In this document: positions 12,074-21,877 of the stretch, one piece after another
How positions within the stretch are numbered: the first letter of the stretch is position 1
Layout of the letters: every line of letters begins with the position of its first letter
From: an uncultured Ignavibacteriales bacterium
GTDB taxonomy: Bacteria; Zixibacteria; MSB-5A5; GN15; FEB-12
Reading direction: 5' to 3'
DNA: 64,000 bases
Assembly: GCA_964464605.1 (NCBI GenBank)
Contig: CAYXJN010000006.1
Coordinates: forward strand, 1-64,000
The notes under the pieces: generated by a model
Databases searched by the model: none
What the model saw: only the letters and a program-made list of their open reading frames with translations
What the model was told of the DNA's origin: nothing
Translations under genes and position numbers: made by a program

Positions 12074-13393
12074 TTACGGCATAGGTGACCAGACCGGATT
12101 CGAAGCATCCCCTTTTTGCAGGATACGCCGCGGATTACGGCCGGTTATATCGATTACGAAAATATCCCGCGGTCCGAAGCGATTCGAGGAATAGACAATA
12201 TGTTTTCCGTCAGGGGCGAGATGCGGGTTTTCATTCTGTCCGAGATCGGTTAATACGCGATAACTTCCACCGGATGTATCAACCGTGGCGACATCAAACC
12301 TTCCCCGTTCCGAACGGGTCACGAATACGACACGATCACCCCGATGCGACCAAAACGGAGAATCGTTGTACCGTCCTTCATTCGTGATACGACGCAGATT
12401 CTGCCCGTACGTGTCCATCAAATAGACTTGCGGGAATCCGGTGCGGTCAGAAGTAAACGCGATAGCGCGTCCATCCGGCGACCAGCTTGGGCTGGTGTCG
12501 ATAGAGCGGTGGTCGGTCAACCTACGAATAACTTTGCCGTCGGTGCCGAGTAAGTAAATTTCTGCATTACCATCTTTGGTTAGTACGCAGGCGATCATTG
12601 AGCCATCCGGCGAAATCGCGGGTGCGGTTACCATACCGGGGAATTTTGCGACTTGTGCAACCTTTTTTGTCGCAATGTCGACTTTGTAGAGACTCGGATC
12701 CCCTTTCAGATAGGTGACGAAATAAATCGATTTACCATCGGGACTGAAGGTCGGGGAAAGGGTGATAGAGCCGAGATTGGTTAGCTGTTGTTCGTTGCTG
12801 CCGTCGAAATCAGCGATGAACAATTCTTTCGCTTTGCCGATCTGACGGATATAGGCGATTTTCGTTCGGAAAATTCCTAATTCCCCGGTGAGCGCTTTGA
12901 CAACGGCGTTGGCGACATCGTGAGCAATTTCACGCCAATAGGTTCTGGTTTGTTCAATGACTCCTTTATCGATCTCCTGCCCGGTGTTGGTTTCAAACAA
13001 TCGCCAGCGAACGCGCAGTCCGAGGCCGGGAAATTCCGTTTCAAGCCGTACCAGATATTGCGCACCGAGCCGTTTCCAGCCCATGTAATTCAATTCTTTC
13101 AGTTCATAGGTTCGCATATAAAAGGTATCCGCGATGACCAGATCAAAATCGGCATGGAAATCGAGATCATAGCGGATAATTTGCGATGCGAAATTCATAA
13201 TCGTCGAGTCGGCGGCGCCTATCGGTGTGGTGCCGACATAGCGCATATCTTCAACCGCAATTTTCCGCGGTTCAACTATTCCCGTTCTGATCGTATCAAA
13301 GAAAATATTGCGCCCTTCACCGCTGTATTGGGCATAGGATGAAGTAGTTAAAGTCACCGTAATAAGAAAAGAAAGCATACTAATCAATCGCAT
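12074..13393 (-). CDS. tolB: Tol-Pal beta-propeller protein TolB
   Basis: PD40 repeats (P.WSPDG), TKIAY; operon context. Confidence 0.92.
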   Translation of the reverse strand: MRLISMLSFLITVTLTTSSYAQYSGEGRNIFFDTIRTGIVEPRKIAVEDMRYVGTTPIGAADSTIMNFASQIIRYDLDFHADFDLVIADTFYMRTYELKELNYMGWKRLGAQYLVRLETEFPGLGLRVRWRLFETNTGQEIDKGVIEQTRTYWREIAHDVANAVVKALTGELGIFRTKIAYIRQIGKAKELFIADFDGSNEQQLTNLGSITLSPTFSPDGKSIYFVTYLKGDPSLYKVDIATKKVAQVAKFPGMVTAPAISPDGSMIACVLTKDGNAEIYLLGTDGKVIRRLTDHRSIDTSPSWSPDGRAIAFTSDRTGFPQVYLMDTYGQNLRRITNEGRYNDSPFWSHRGDRVVFVTRSERGRFDVATVDTSGGSYRVLTDLGQNENPHLAPDGKHIVYSSNRFGPRDIFVIDITGRNPRRILQKGDASNPVWSPMP

Positions 13394-13405
13394 GTTTTGC
13401 TCCGG

Positions 13406-14077
13406 TTAATGAGATGCTGGATCATAAGACAAGGGAACAGTAATACCTATATCTTCTTCTGAATAATCACGCGGGAGAGGAGGAAACGGGGAAGAAAGTT
13501 CAACGGCCGACAGACAGACATCATCGAACTCCTGTATGCCGGACGACTCGAGAACTTTTACATCATACACCCGTCCCGATTTCAAAACGCGAAGCGAGAT
13601 CGTACATACGAGTTTACCGTCATACGCGACAGTGTTCCGGAAATTACTTTCAATTTTCGATCGCACTTCAATAAACCACCAATCACCTTTGAACGTGGCA
13701 TTATCAACGGTCATTCCTTTGAGGGCGGCATTGGCGCCATTTGCTTCGCCGGATTGCTTGTCCGCTGTTGCACTGTCATTTTGCTTGGCATCTTTCGCGG
13801 TCGGTTTGGCTTGTTTCTTTTCTTTCGGCTTCGGTTTGTCGACAGCTACTTTTTTTGCGGTCGGTTTGGGTGGATCAACCGGTACGGTTTGTTTCTGTTC
13901 AGCCGGTTTGGGTGGGGCAATCGGCGCCGGTTCCGGTTTGGCCGGGAGGGAAGCAAGCGTAACCTTGACAACTTCGTCGTAGTTGATCTTCTGCTTGGTG
14001 CCGAACGAGGCGGCTGTGAGCAGAATAAGAACTATTCCGGCGTGCAGTGCGAATGAATAGGCAATTCCACGACCCAT
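13406..14077 (-). CDS. tolA: TolA/TonB-family energy transducer
   Basis: TM segment with SFALH, Pro/Lys-rich linker, C-terminal SSG..EFD..PFPPLP; lies between tolR and tolB. Confidence 0.8.
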   Translation of the reverse strand: MGRGIAYSFALHAGIVLILLTAASFGTKQKINYDEVVKVTLASLPAKPEPAPIAPPKPAEQKQTVPVDPPKPTAKKVAVDKPKPKEKKQAKPTAKDAKQNDSATADKQSGEANGANAALKGMTVDNATFKGDWWFIEVRSKIESNFRNTVAYDGKLVCTISLRVLKSGRVYDVKVLESSGIQEFDDVCLSAVELSSPFPPLPRDYSEEDIGITVPLSYDPASH

Positions 14078-14084
14078 GAGTCCC

Positions 14085-14519
14085 TCATCGCGAGGCAGCC
14101 CCGCGTTTCTTTTCTGAATGAGCCGTTACTAATCCGATCTGTTCTATACCCATCTCTTTGAGTTTTCCGATAACGCCGATAACCGATGCGTACATCACGC
14201 TTGAATCAGCACGAAGATAGACCGCTTCTGTTTGCTTCGCTTTCATTTCTTTTTTCAAGGCTGCGTCGAAAGCATCGAGCTTCGCCCAGACATCATTGAT
14301 ATAAATGCCGCCTTTTTTGTCGATGGTGAGCACGATTCCCTCCTGCTCATCGGTGGTTTTGGCGGCGGTCGTTTGGGGCAGGTCGATTTCAATTCCTGAT
14401 TGTAATAAAGGGGCAGAAATCATGAAGATAATCAACAGCACAAGTACAACGTCGACCAGATTGGCGATATTGATATCGGCCATCGCATGATAACTGCGTG
14501 AGCGCGGACGACGGATCAT
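14085..14519 (-). CDS. tolR: TolR/ExbD
   Basis: INIANLVDVVLVLLIIFMI, LRAD. Confidence 0.9.
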   Translation of the reverse strand: MIRRPRSRSYHAMADINIANLVDVVLVLLIIFMISAPLLQSGIEIDLPQTTAAKTTDEQEGIVLTIDKKGGIYINDVWAKLDAFDAALKKEMKAKQTEAVYLRADSSVMYASVIGVIGKLKEMGIEQIGLVTAHSEKKRGAASR

Positions 14520-15226
14520 CGGTTCTCCTTCTTCGCGCGCGTCAGAAATTCTAAAATGAAGTTGTTGCTGGCATCACTGAGGGATTTCATCCGGGCATTC
14601 GCCCAGTTGTAAGCCATCACCGCCGGAATAGCGGCGCCAAGACCTACGATTGTAGCAAGCAATGCCTCGGCAATACCGGGAGCGACGATAGCAAGTGATG
14701 CGGAGCCGCGTTCGCCGATTGACCAGAAGGCATCCATAATTCCGACAACCGTTCCCAAAAGACCCAAAAAGGGAGCGGAATTAGCGGTGGTGGCCAACAG
14801 CACTACCTGTTTTTCCAGACGGCCGAGTTCTTCCACTTCCGCTTTTTCCATTGTCATTTCGACGATTTCGAAATCTTCATCGTTCAAATGGACGACCTGT
14901 CCCTGCTGCGGGTTAGTGTTGCGGGCTTCGCTGAGTTCCGATAACTGTGTGAATCCGGCTAAAAAGATTCGGGATATCATCGAGCGGGTTTGCGTTCTGG
15001 CGGCGTTGACATTTTCACCGAGGCGACGGGAACGGGAGAAGGCATACCAGAAGGTTTTGTTATCCGCTTCGACACTTTTGAATTGCCGCCATTTGTTGAA
15101 AATAACTCCCCAGGAAAGCACGGACATTGCCGCGAGAATAATAAGAATTACCAGCCCGAACGAGGAGGTTTCGCTGATAATCTGCCACACCGAAAGGGTA
15201 ATGACCGGGGTTGAACTTAGCTCCAT
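14516..15226 (-). CDS. tolQ: TolQ/ExbB/MotA proton channel
   Basis: APFLGLLGTV.GIM, PGIAEALLAT..GL..AIPAV.AYN. Confidence 0.92.
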   Translation of the reverse strand: MELSSTPVITLSVWQIISETSSFGLVILIILAAMSVLSWGVIFNKWRQFKSVEADNKTFWYAFSRSRRLGENVNAARTQTRSMISRIFLAGFTQLSELSEARNTNPQQGQVVHLNDEDFEIVEMTMEKAEVEELGRLEKQVVLLATTANSAPFLGLLGTVVGIMDAFWSIGERGSASLAIVAPGIAEALLATIVGLGAAIPAVMAYNWANARMKSLSDASNNFILEFLTRAKKENR

Positions 15227-15406
15227 ATCGTTTTGTACACCTATCCGTTGTTGCAGGTTACTGAATTACTACACCTTATACAGGGTATTCTTCCCAAAGC
15301 CGTCAAAAACTACGCCCGAAGGGCAAAAAGGGTCAACAAAAACAGGCACAACAGATTTGGGAGTTTTTAAGATGAAATTCTGTCTGTCCGTGAGTATGTT
15401 CGAAGT

Positions 15407-15568
15407 ATGCGGAAAATGCTCTTAATTATCGCCTATGCTGCGGTGAGTGTTACGCTTGTTTCCTGCAGCAAAGAGAAAAAGGAAGAAGATAAAGTTCCGG
15501 AAAAAATCAAGCAGGAAGAGTTGAAAGATACGACCCGGCTTGATTCCGCAAAAACAGATGATCAGTAA
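15407..15568 (+). CDS. Small lipoprotein, 53 aa (below the ORF-track cutoff)
   Basis: Manual translation MRKMLLIIAYAAVSVTLVSCSKEKKEEDKVPEKIKQEELKDTTRLDSAKTDDQ*: basic n-region, hydrophobic h-region, lipobox LVSC. Confidence 0.65.
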   Translation: MRKMLLIIAYAAVSVTLVSCSKEKKEEDKVPEKIKQEELKDTTRLDSAKTDDQ

Positions 15569-16296
15569 AGATCGTCGGGGAATTGGACTTGTATGTTCGC
15601 TGTTTTTCCGGGATAAATCGTGATCGGAATACTCAGGGTATCATTCGTCGGGATATGAATTACCCGAAGCGTTCGGTTTCCCATCGGCAATCCAGAAAAA
15701 CTGAATACACCGTATTTATCCGGGTGAACAGTTGAGGTTGTTGACGCGCCTGATCCGTTCGGATAGGTAATCACGACATTGATCGAATCTTTATGGGTCG
15801 TTCCCGGTGTGGTGCTGTTGGCGTCGACAACCGTTCCGCTTATGGTATTAGACAGTAACGGCGTGCTGCTGGCGGCAAATGGTTTATCGATATTCGTTCC
15901 GGAGCCGGTCGAACGAATAGCAGTACCGACAATCGTGTATGCCGTGCCCCACGCATCTTTTTTATATGAAGCGGTATCACCTCCGGTAGAAACATACGGA
16001 CCATTCCAGGTTGCGTATCCCCCCGGATTAGTTGCCAGATTAGCCAGACTGCTCGGTATCGCGCCGACATCACCCACATAACCGAAATCAGCGCGTGTTC
16101 CTTCACTGTATGAATTAGGGTTGCCGACAATCGCTGCCGCCAATTGATCCAACTCCTGTTTGGTCGCTTCCTGTTTCGCCGTTTCCACTGTCGTTCCCAA
16201 TTGACGGGTGGCAACGGCGGCAAGAATGCCGACCACAACAATCGTAATGATCAATTCCACAAGAGTGAAGCCGCGCTCTGAGTGTATCTGTTTCAT
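15562..16296 (-). CDS. GspG-like (pseudo)pilin with C-terminal Ig/carboxypeptidase-regulatory-like domain, paralogue 4
   Basis: Prepilin site RG|FTLVE; W.GPY...DAWG motif; start taken at MKQIH. Confidence 0.85.
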   Translation of the reverse strand: MKQIHSERGFTLVELIITIVVVGILAAVATRQLGTTVETAKQEATKQELDQLAAAIVGNPNSYSEGTRADFGYVGDVGAIPSSLANLATNPGGYATWNGPYVSTGGDTASYKKDAWGTAYTIVGTAIRSTGSGTNIDKPFAASSTPLLSNTISGTVVDANSTTPGTTHKDSINVVITYPNGSGASTTSTVHPDKYGVFSFSGLPMGNRTLRVIHIPTNDTLSIPITIYPGKTANIQVQFPDDLY

Positions 16297-16300
16297 GCCA

Positions 16301-17056
16301 TTACCAATAGTTTGATGAAAGTTTGAACTGGTTCGTTGTTGCCGTTCCCGGTTCAATGCAAATCGTTCGTTTGAGCGTATCGCCGGCGGGGGCGTAGATA
16401 ACTTGCAAACTGTGATTTCCGATGGGAATGGAATCGAGCGAAAAATAGCCGCCTAAATCCGGGTTGGTCGTTTTGGTTGTTGTACTGCCGGAACCGTTCG
16501 GAATCGTGAGTCTGAGCGTAATCGAATCTTTGTACACGGTTCCGGGCGGCGTACCGGAAAGATCGGTAACGATTCCGGAGAAACTGTTGTATAACAGATA
16601 ACTTCGTGATTCCGTGATATTGCGCTGGATAATAGACCCTGATCCGTTTGAACGAATGAAATTGGAATCGAAATAATACACGTACAAGGTTCCCCACGCG
16701 TCCCGTTTATAATCATCGCTGATCTGCGTGAGTTGATTGTCGACGTACGGCCCTTTCCATGTTGTATAGCTTCCCGGATTGCTGGCCAGCGCGTCCAAAT
16801 TAGCAGGCATCGCGCCGACATCACCGACATATCCAAAGTCAGCCCGTGTTCCGTTATTGCGGAGCGTGGGATTTCCGGCGACAGCGAAGGCGAGTCTGTC
16901 CATTTCCTGACGGGTGCTTTCAACTTTTGCCGATTCGACCATGCGTGTCCCGGTCTGCATACCTACTCCAATTAGCACACCCGCAATTATTAGCACGATG
17001 AGCATTTCGACCATCGTAAATCCATTTTGTGAGCGAAAGAATCTGCTTTGTGTCAT
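16301..17056 (-). CDS. GspG-like (pseudo)pilin, paralogue 3
   Basis: NG|FTMVE; DFGYVGDVG; WKGPY; DAWG; start taken at MTQ. Confidence 0.85.
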   Translation of the reverse strand: MTQSRFFRSQNGFTMVEMLIVLIIAGVLIGVGMQTGTRMVESAKVESTRQEMDRLAFAVAGNPTLRNNGTRADFGYVGDVGAMPANLDALASNPGSYTTWKGPYVDNQLTQISDDYKRDAWGTLYVYYFDSNFIRSNGSGSIIQRNITESRSYLLYNSFSGIVTDLSGTPPGTVYKDSITLRLTIPNGSGSTTTKTTNPDLGGYFSLDSIPIGNHSLQVIYAPAGDTLKRTICIEPGTATTNQFKLSSNYW

Positions 17057-17057
17057 C

Positions 17058-18311
17058 TTATGGGCCATAGTTCACCGTTACATACACTTGTGTCAGACGG
17101 AACTCTCCGGGACCGCCTTCTTTCAGGTCGCACCCGGCCTGAATATTCGCAATGTCAGGCCATGTCCAATCTCCACCTGTAGCTGGATTGGTAGTCCATG
17201 TGTTAGAGTAATTGGCGTACGAACCGGATAAGTTGCTGGTTGAACTTGTATATTCGGCCGCGCCGACATACAGTTTTATCCGGATACTGCCGTTATTGCT
17301 GGCATGACGCGCGCGGCAAGTTACCACAACCGATGTAATCGTGCATGATGCCACAGCAGTGTCAGTGAGCGAGAACAGCTCTGTCTCAAAATTTCCGCTA
17401 TTATCGTAGAGGTAGGTGCCTTCGGCGTCGGCGCTTGTTTCATCAACGCATTGATAATGTGAAGCGCAGCCGGATGCGCTGGCGAACTCGCTGATGGCCC
17501 CATTTCCATTGGGGCGAATGACAACTGAGCCGGCCGTACAGCTACCGGAGGTAGTCGCGTAGAAATGCTGTGTGGCAAACTTAATCGAAACTCCCGGATC
17601 ATTCTGATGATGAGGCATAACCGGGTAGTACAGTTCAGCGGTGTCATTTGCCGGAGTATATACGGCGCGAACACGGCGTATACCGGCGGGAATCGAATCA
17701 AGTGTGAACTGGCCGGATGAATTCGGTTTGTATGATTTCACCACTGTTCCTGAGACACCGGAAGGGACATCGATAAGTATTTTCACGGAATCATATTTCA
17801 CGGCGCCCGGGGTTGCACCCGCTATATCGGTGACGGTTCCGGTAACGGTATTTCGCAAATAATCAGCAGTAGTGTTGGCGATTTTCTTGGTAATAGTTGA
17901 CCCGCTTCCGGTAGAGGTAATCGTGTTGCCGCCGCTGTACGAGTATGCCGTTCCCCACGCATCCAAAAGATAGGAGAGTGTATCCTGCGTATGTTCAATC
18001 AGCAGATACGGCCCACTCCAAGTCGGGCGACTGCCGACATTAGTGCGAAGCGCGTTGAGACTTGCCGGGAAGGTGCCGACATCACCGACATAGCCAAAAT
18101 CAGAGCGCACTCCATTGGCGGTCTGTTCAGGATTCCCAACGATGGCATCAGCAAGTTGCTCCATTTCCCGCTCGGTATCAGCGCGGCGAATATCATCAAG
18201 CGATGACGTCATTGACTGCATCACCACCGCGAGGGCAATAGCGATGGCGACCAATACCACTGTCAATTCTATCAGACTAAAGCCATTTTCTGTTTGTAGT
18301 CGTTTCATCAT
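17058..18311 (-). CDS. GspG-like (pseudo)pilin with extra C-terminal beta domain, paralogue 2
   Basis: NG|FSLIE; DFGYVGDVG; WSGPY; C-terminal CVDE...TNP.TG..WTW domain. Confidence 0.85.
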   Translation of the reverse strand: MMKRLQTENGFSLIELTVVLVAIAIALAVVMQSMTSSLDDIRRADTEREMEQLADAIVGNPEQTANGVRSDFGYVGDVGTFPASLNALRTNVGSRPTWSGPYLLIEHTQDTLSYLLDAWGTAYSYSGGNTITSTGSGSTITKKIANTTADYLRNTVTGTVTDIAGATPGAVKYDSVKILIDVPSGVSGTVVKSYKPNSSGQFTLDSIPAGIRRVRAVYTPANDTAELYYPVMPHHQNDPGVSIKFATQHFYATTSGSCTAGSVVIRPNGNGAISEFASASGCASHYQCVDETSADAEGTYLYDNSGNFETELFSLTDTAVASCTITSVVVTCRARHASNNGSIRIKLYVGAAEYTSSTSNLSGSYANYSNTWTTNPATGGDWTWPDIANIQAGCDLKEGGPGEFRLTQVYVTVNYGP

Positions 18312-18312
18312 G

Positions 18313-19587
18313 TTACCAATGGTAGTACACCGTCATCCACACCTGCGTACAGCGTCCGGATTCATATATTTCGACTCCGGCCTCAGCGGCATCTACCTCT
18401 GTCCATGTCCATGCCGATCCGGTGTTCGGATTGGTTGTGTATTTGGTTGTGAAAAGGGTGAATGAGGTATAGGAGTTCAGATTAATCGTCGTTCCGTGAT
18501 ACGTATTGCTGTGCGTGCGCAAGGCGGTTCGAATGGTTTGACCACTGGCTGTGCGTCGAGTGTTCATCGTAATGATCACGCTATCGATTGTCCCCTGCCC
18601 GACAGCGTGATTTTGCATTTGGTATAAATCCAGTTTCGTTGAGTTGTTGGTCGAACGAACGTATTCACCGTCGCCATCGGAAGCGACTTCATCGACACAA
18701 TCCCAATTGTAGGTGCATGAACCACCATTCGTTAATTGAGTCGTTGTTCCATCCGCCATTGGGTAAAGCGACTCACTATTAATGCCGTTGTACGCGGTTT
18801 CCGTCCAGCCGGAACGCCGGATTTGCACTTGCGCGACATACATGTTACCCGGGTCGATATTCACGACTCGTTTCAGCGTGTCGTGCGTTTTTGAATAGAT
18901 GACTCTCATGCTGTGCAATCCGATGGGAATCGAATCAAACTGGATATAGCCATCGGCATCCGAATAATCAGTTTTGGTCGTCGTACTGCCGCTTCCGCTG
19001 GGAATGGTGATGATGGCTTTCACGGAATCTTTGTACGTGGTTCCGGGAGGGTATCCGTTGGAATCGATAACATTCATGCGAATGGAATTACGCAGCAGGT
19101 CATCTAAACTCGCCCCGAAATTACGGGTGATCGATGAACCTCCTCCCGTAGAAGCAATCGTCACGCCGCTTGATGCATAGGTGAGTGTTGTGCCCCAGGC
19201 GTCTTTCGTGATTGACGCGCTCGTACCGGCGGCATCAGAAGAAAACTCATCCCGCACATATGGCCCTTTCCATGTACTGTAGCCGGGATTGGTTACCAGA
19301 CTTGTGAGGGAAGAAGGCAGCGAACCGACATCGCCGATATAGCCGTAATCAGTACGTACACCGCCGGAGATTGCGTTCGGATTGCCCGAAATTGCATAAG
19401 CGAGCCGTTCCAGTTTTTGAGTAGTTTCTTCGGTGCGCTGAACATCGATACTTTTGTTCATCGATTTCATTGCAACAGCGGCGATGATGCCGATGATGAT
19501 TAAGACCACCAGCATTTCGATGAGACTGTAGCCGCTTTTGCGGGTCAATTTTCGCTGCGGCCGGGCCGCTTTGTTCCAATACTCCAT
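18313..19587 (-). CDS. GspG-like (pseudo)pilin with extra C-terminal beta domain, paralogue 1
   Basis: SG|YSLIE; DYGYIGDVG; WKGPY; C-terminal CVDE...TNP.TG..WTW domain; start uncertain. Confidence 0.85.
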   Translation of the reverse strand: MEYWNKAARPQRKLTRKSGYSLIEMLVVLIIIGIIAAVAMKSMNKSIDVQRTEETTQKLERLAYAISGNPNAISGGVRTDYGYIGDVGSLPSSLTSLVTNPGYSTWKGPYVRDEFSSDAAGTSASITKDAWGTTLTYASSGVTIASTGGGSSITRNFGASLDDLLRNSIRMNVIDSNGYPPGTTYKDSVKAIITIPSGSGSTTTKTDYSDADGYIQFDSIPIGLHSMRVIYSKTHDTLKRVVNIDPGNMYVAQVQIRRSGWTETAYNGINSESLYPMADGTTTQLTNGGSCTYNWDCVDEVASDGDGEYVRSTNNSTKLDLYQMQNHAVGQGTIDSVIITMNTRRTASGQTIRTALRTHSNTYHGTTINLNSYTSFTLFTTKYTTNPNTGSAWTWTEVDAAEAGVEIYESGRCTQVWMTVYYHW

Positions 19588-19597
19588 TATCGATAGA

Positions 19598-19624
19598 GTA
19601 TCGGTAAAAACCAGAAAAGCTTGA
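19598..19624 (-). promoter_or_regulatory. Possible sigma-28-like promoter of the pilin cluster
   Basis: Minus strand TCAA-N15-ACCGATAC. Confidence 0.35.
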
Positions 19625-19690
19625 GCCGGAAAATCAGGGCAAGTCGTGAAATATCAGTGACTTACGAGGACGGGGGGTGATCGACGACCG

Positions 19691-20005
19691 TTAGAAGGTC
19701 TCGTCGAAAGGGGATTTTACTTCGGGGATTCGAACGATGATATCTTTGGTGACCCGTGCCTGACAGGATAAACGGGAGGTATCAGTAAGTCCTTCTGCTT
19801 CATCCAGCATGTCCATTTCATCTTCGGTGACTTCATTCATCGAATCGAAACCTTCTTCGACAATGACATGGCAGGTGGAACAGGCGCAGTTGCCGCCGCA
19901 GTTATGATTGATTTTGATGTTGTTGTCGAGGGCCGCATCTAAAATCGGCGTTCCGGATTCTACTTCGACAACTTTGTTTATCGGGAGAAAGGTTATCTTA
20001 GGCAC
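19691..20005 (-). CDS. fdx: ISC-type 2Fe-2S ferredoxin
   Basis: CGGNCACSTCH ... EMDMLD ... SRLSCQ. Confidence 0.93.
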   Translation of the reverse strand: MPKITFLPINKVVEVESGTPILDAALDNNIKINHNCGGNCACSTCHVIVEEGFDSMNEVTEDEMDMLDEAEGLTDTSRLSCQARVTKDIIVRIPEVKSPFDETF

Positions 20006-20284
20006 TTAGTTTTCCTCTGTCTGTTTCTTATCGCGGGGAACACGAAATACCACGACGTTGTCATGTTCGTTACCATAACGCACTGACTGTGCATAGGGGG
20101 CCAGTTTTCCGGTGAAATACATAAAAACCCATGGAGGGATAATCGCGACCGAACAGCCGCGAACCAACACTTTTTTCCCGGAGAATTGTGCCCAGTCGTA
20201 GCTGTCCGCTTTGGCGAGAAAGGCATCTTCCATAAACATCCCGTCGGACAAAAAGTCTTTGGGATCTAAAACGTCGAAGGTCAT
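20006..20284 (-). CDS. DUF2480-like small protein
   Basis: D.KDFL...F, DW.QF.GK.V..CS.AIIP.W..M...L.P.A..V.YG pattern. Confidence 0.65.
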   Translation of the reverse strand: MTFDVLDPKDFLSDGMFMEDAFLAKADSYDWAQFSGKKVLVRGCSVAIIPPWVFMYFTGKLAPYAQSVRYGNEHDNVVVFRVPRDKKQTEEN

Positions 20285-20287
20285 TCC

Positions 20288-20656
20288 TTAGCAGCTAAAG
20301 GATGATCCGCATCCGCAGGAGCGTTTCGCTTTCGGATTGGAAAAGTTAAATCCGCCGCCGAGCATTCCGCCTTTGTAATCGAGCGTCGTACCGGCCAAGT
20401 ACATGAGCGCTTTCAATTCGACGATGACTTTCAATCCGTCGAAATCGAATTCACGGTCGAACTGACCTTTTTCGGTATCGAAACCCATCGAATAGGACAT
20501 ACCGGAACAACCTCCGGAGGAGACACCTAAACGAAGGTAGAGGTTTTCCTCTTTTTCCTGCGTTAACAGGCGTTTGACTTCATCTATAGCCGCCGGAGTC
20601 AGGAAAATAACTTGGTCGGTCGGGGTCTGTTGCGGTTGCGTCTGTGTTTCAGCCAT
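20288..20656 (-). CDS. A-type Fe-S carrier (IscA/ErpA/HesB)
   Basis: GGCSGMSY, LDY, NP.AKRSCGCGSSF. Confidence 0.95.
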   Translation of the reverse strand: MAETQTQPQQTPTDQVIFLTPAAIDEVKRLLTQEKEENLYLRLGVSSGGCSGMSYSMGFDTEKGQFDREFDFDGLKVIVELKALMYLAGTTLDYKGGMLGGGFNFSNPKAKRSCGCGSSFSC

Positions 20657-20992
20657 GGCTGTATATAACTCCTGTGTTTAACAATCTCACCTGTCTATTG
20701 ACATCTGACAATTTAGCGGTTTTTGAGTTCCAGGCAACGATTTTCAACGGCTTTACCAAAGAAACGAATAACCGTATAATGTATTGGTATAAAAAGACTT
20801 AGTTGGTTAAATCAGTGAGAGAATTAGAAGGCGGCAGGGCCGTCTTGCGTTTGGAGGGGTTTACGCTATATTCACTTGGGAGGACGCTTCGGTCACCCGC
20901 TCAAGATATTTTGACCCCACGCAGAACGAACGGCCTCAAGACGTGTTTAAAGAGCTTATTGCTATTGGTAATGTTATAGAAGGAGCTGTGTG

Positions 20993-21877
20993 ATGATTGA
21001 TTTTAACGATAAACAGTACAAAGTGAAGGTCGGTCTGGCCGAGATGCTCAAAGGTGGGGTCATCATGGATGTCACAACCGCCGAGCAGGCGAAGATCGCC
21101 GAGGATGCCGGTGCCGCAGCCGTTATGGCGCTTGAACGAGTCCCTTCGGATATTCGTGCCGAGGGTGGCGTTGCTCGTATGGCTGATCTGGATGTTATCG
21201 ATAAAATCAAACGCGCAGTGACGATTCCGGTAATGGCGAAATGCCGTATCGGTCACACTGCCGAGGCGCAGGTTTTGGAATCATTGGAAATAGATTTCAT
21301 CGACGAATCTGAAGTGCTTACTCCGGCTGATAACAAATTCCACGTCAACAAATGGCCGTTTAAGGTTCCGTTCGTGTGCGGTTGCCGCAATTTCGGAGAG
21401 GCGCTTCGCCGTATTTCCGAAGGTGCAGCGATGATTCGCACCAAAGGGGAAGCGGGAACAGGCGATGTGTCTGAAGCGGTCAAGCATCTCCGCGAAATCA
21501 ACGGTGTGATGAAAACGCTGACGGTGATGAGTGAAGAAGAGCTGTTCGGCGTAGCCAAAGATTATCAGGTTTCAATCGATATCGTTCGCATGGTAGCCAA
21601 AACCGGTAAGCTACCGGTTCCGAATTTCGCAGCGGGTGGCGTTGCTACTCCGGCCGATGCGGCACTCGTGATGCAGCTTGGCGCTGAAGCCGTGTTTGTC
21701 GGTTCAGGTATTTTCAAATCGGATACGCCGGAAAAATACGCCCGCGCTATTGTGTCAGCTACTACGCATCATAAAGATGCCGGTATTGTTGCCGAAGCAT
21801 CCCGTGGTTTAGGCAGCGCGATGAAAGGCATTCAGGCGCACACGATTCCTGCCGAGAAACTGCTGCAGGTACGGTGA
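20993..21877 (+). CDS. pdxS: Pyridoxal 5'-phosphate synthase subunit PdxS
   Basis: [55 protein letters not shown]. Confidence 0.97.
   Translation: MIDFNDKQYKVKVGLAEMLKGGVIMDVTTAEQAKIAEDAGAAAVMALERVPSDIRAEGGVARMADLDVIDKIKRAVTIPVMAKCRIGHTAEAQVLESLEIDFIDESEVLTPADNKFHVNKWPFKVPFVCGCRNFGEALRRISEGAAMIRTKGEAGTGDVSEAVKHLREINGVMKTLTVMSEEELFGVAKDYQVSIDIVRMVAKTGKLPVPNFAAGGVATPADAALVMQLGAEAVFVGSGIFKSDTPEKYARAIVSATTHHKDAGIVAEASRGLGSAMKGIQAHTIPAEKLLQVR

Noticed and set aside
14787..15425. 212-aa plus-strand ORF
   Set aside because: Mostly antisense to tolQ, with Ser-rich shadow composition.
15562..19587. Diversity-generating retroelement or pilin antigenic-variation cassettes
   Set aside because: All four copies are full genes with signal sequences and diverge throughout; no reverse transcriptase or template repeat seen.
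20993..21877. pdxS without adjacent pdxT as a novelty
   Set aside because: pdxT is often unlinked; cannot be judged from this window.
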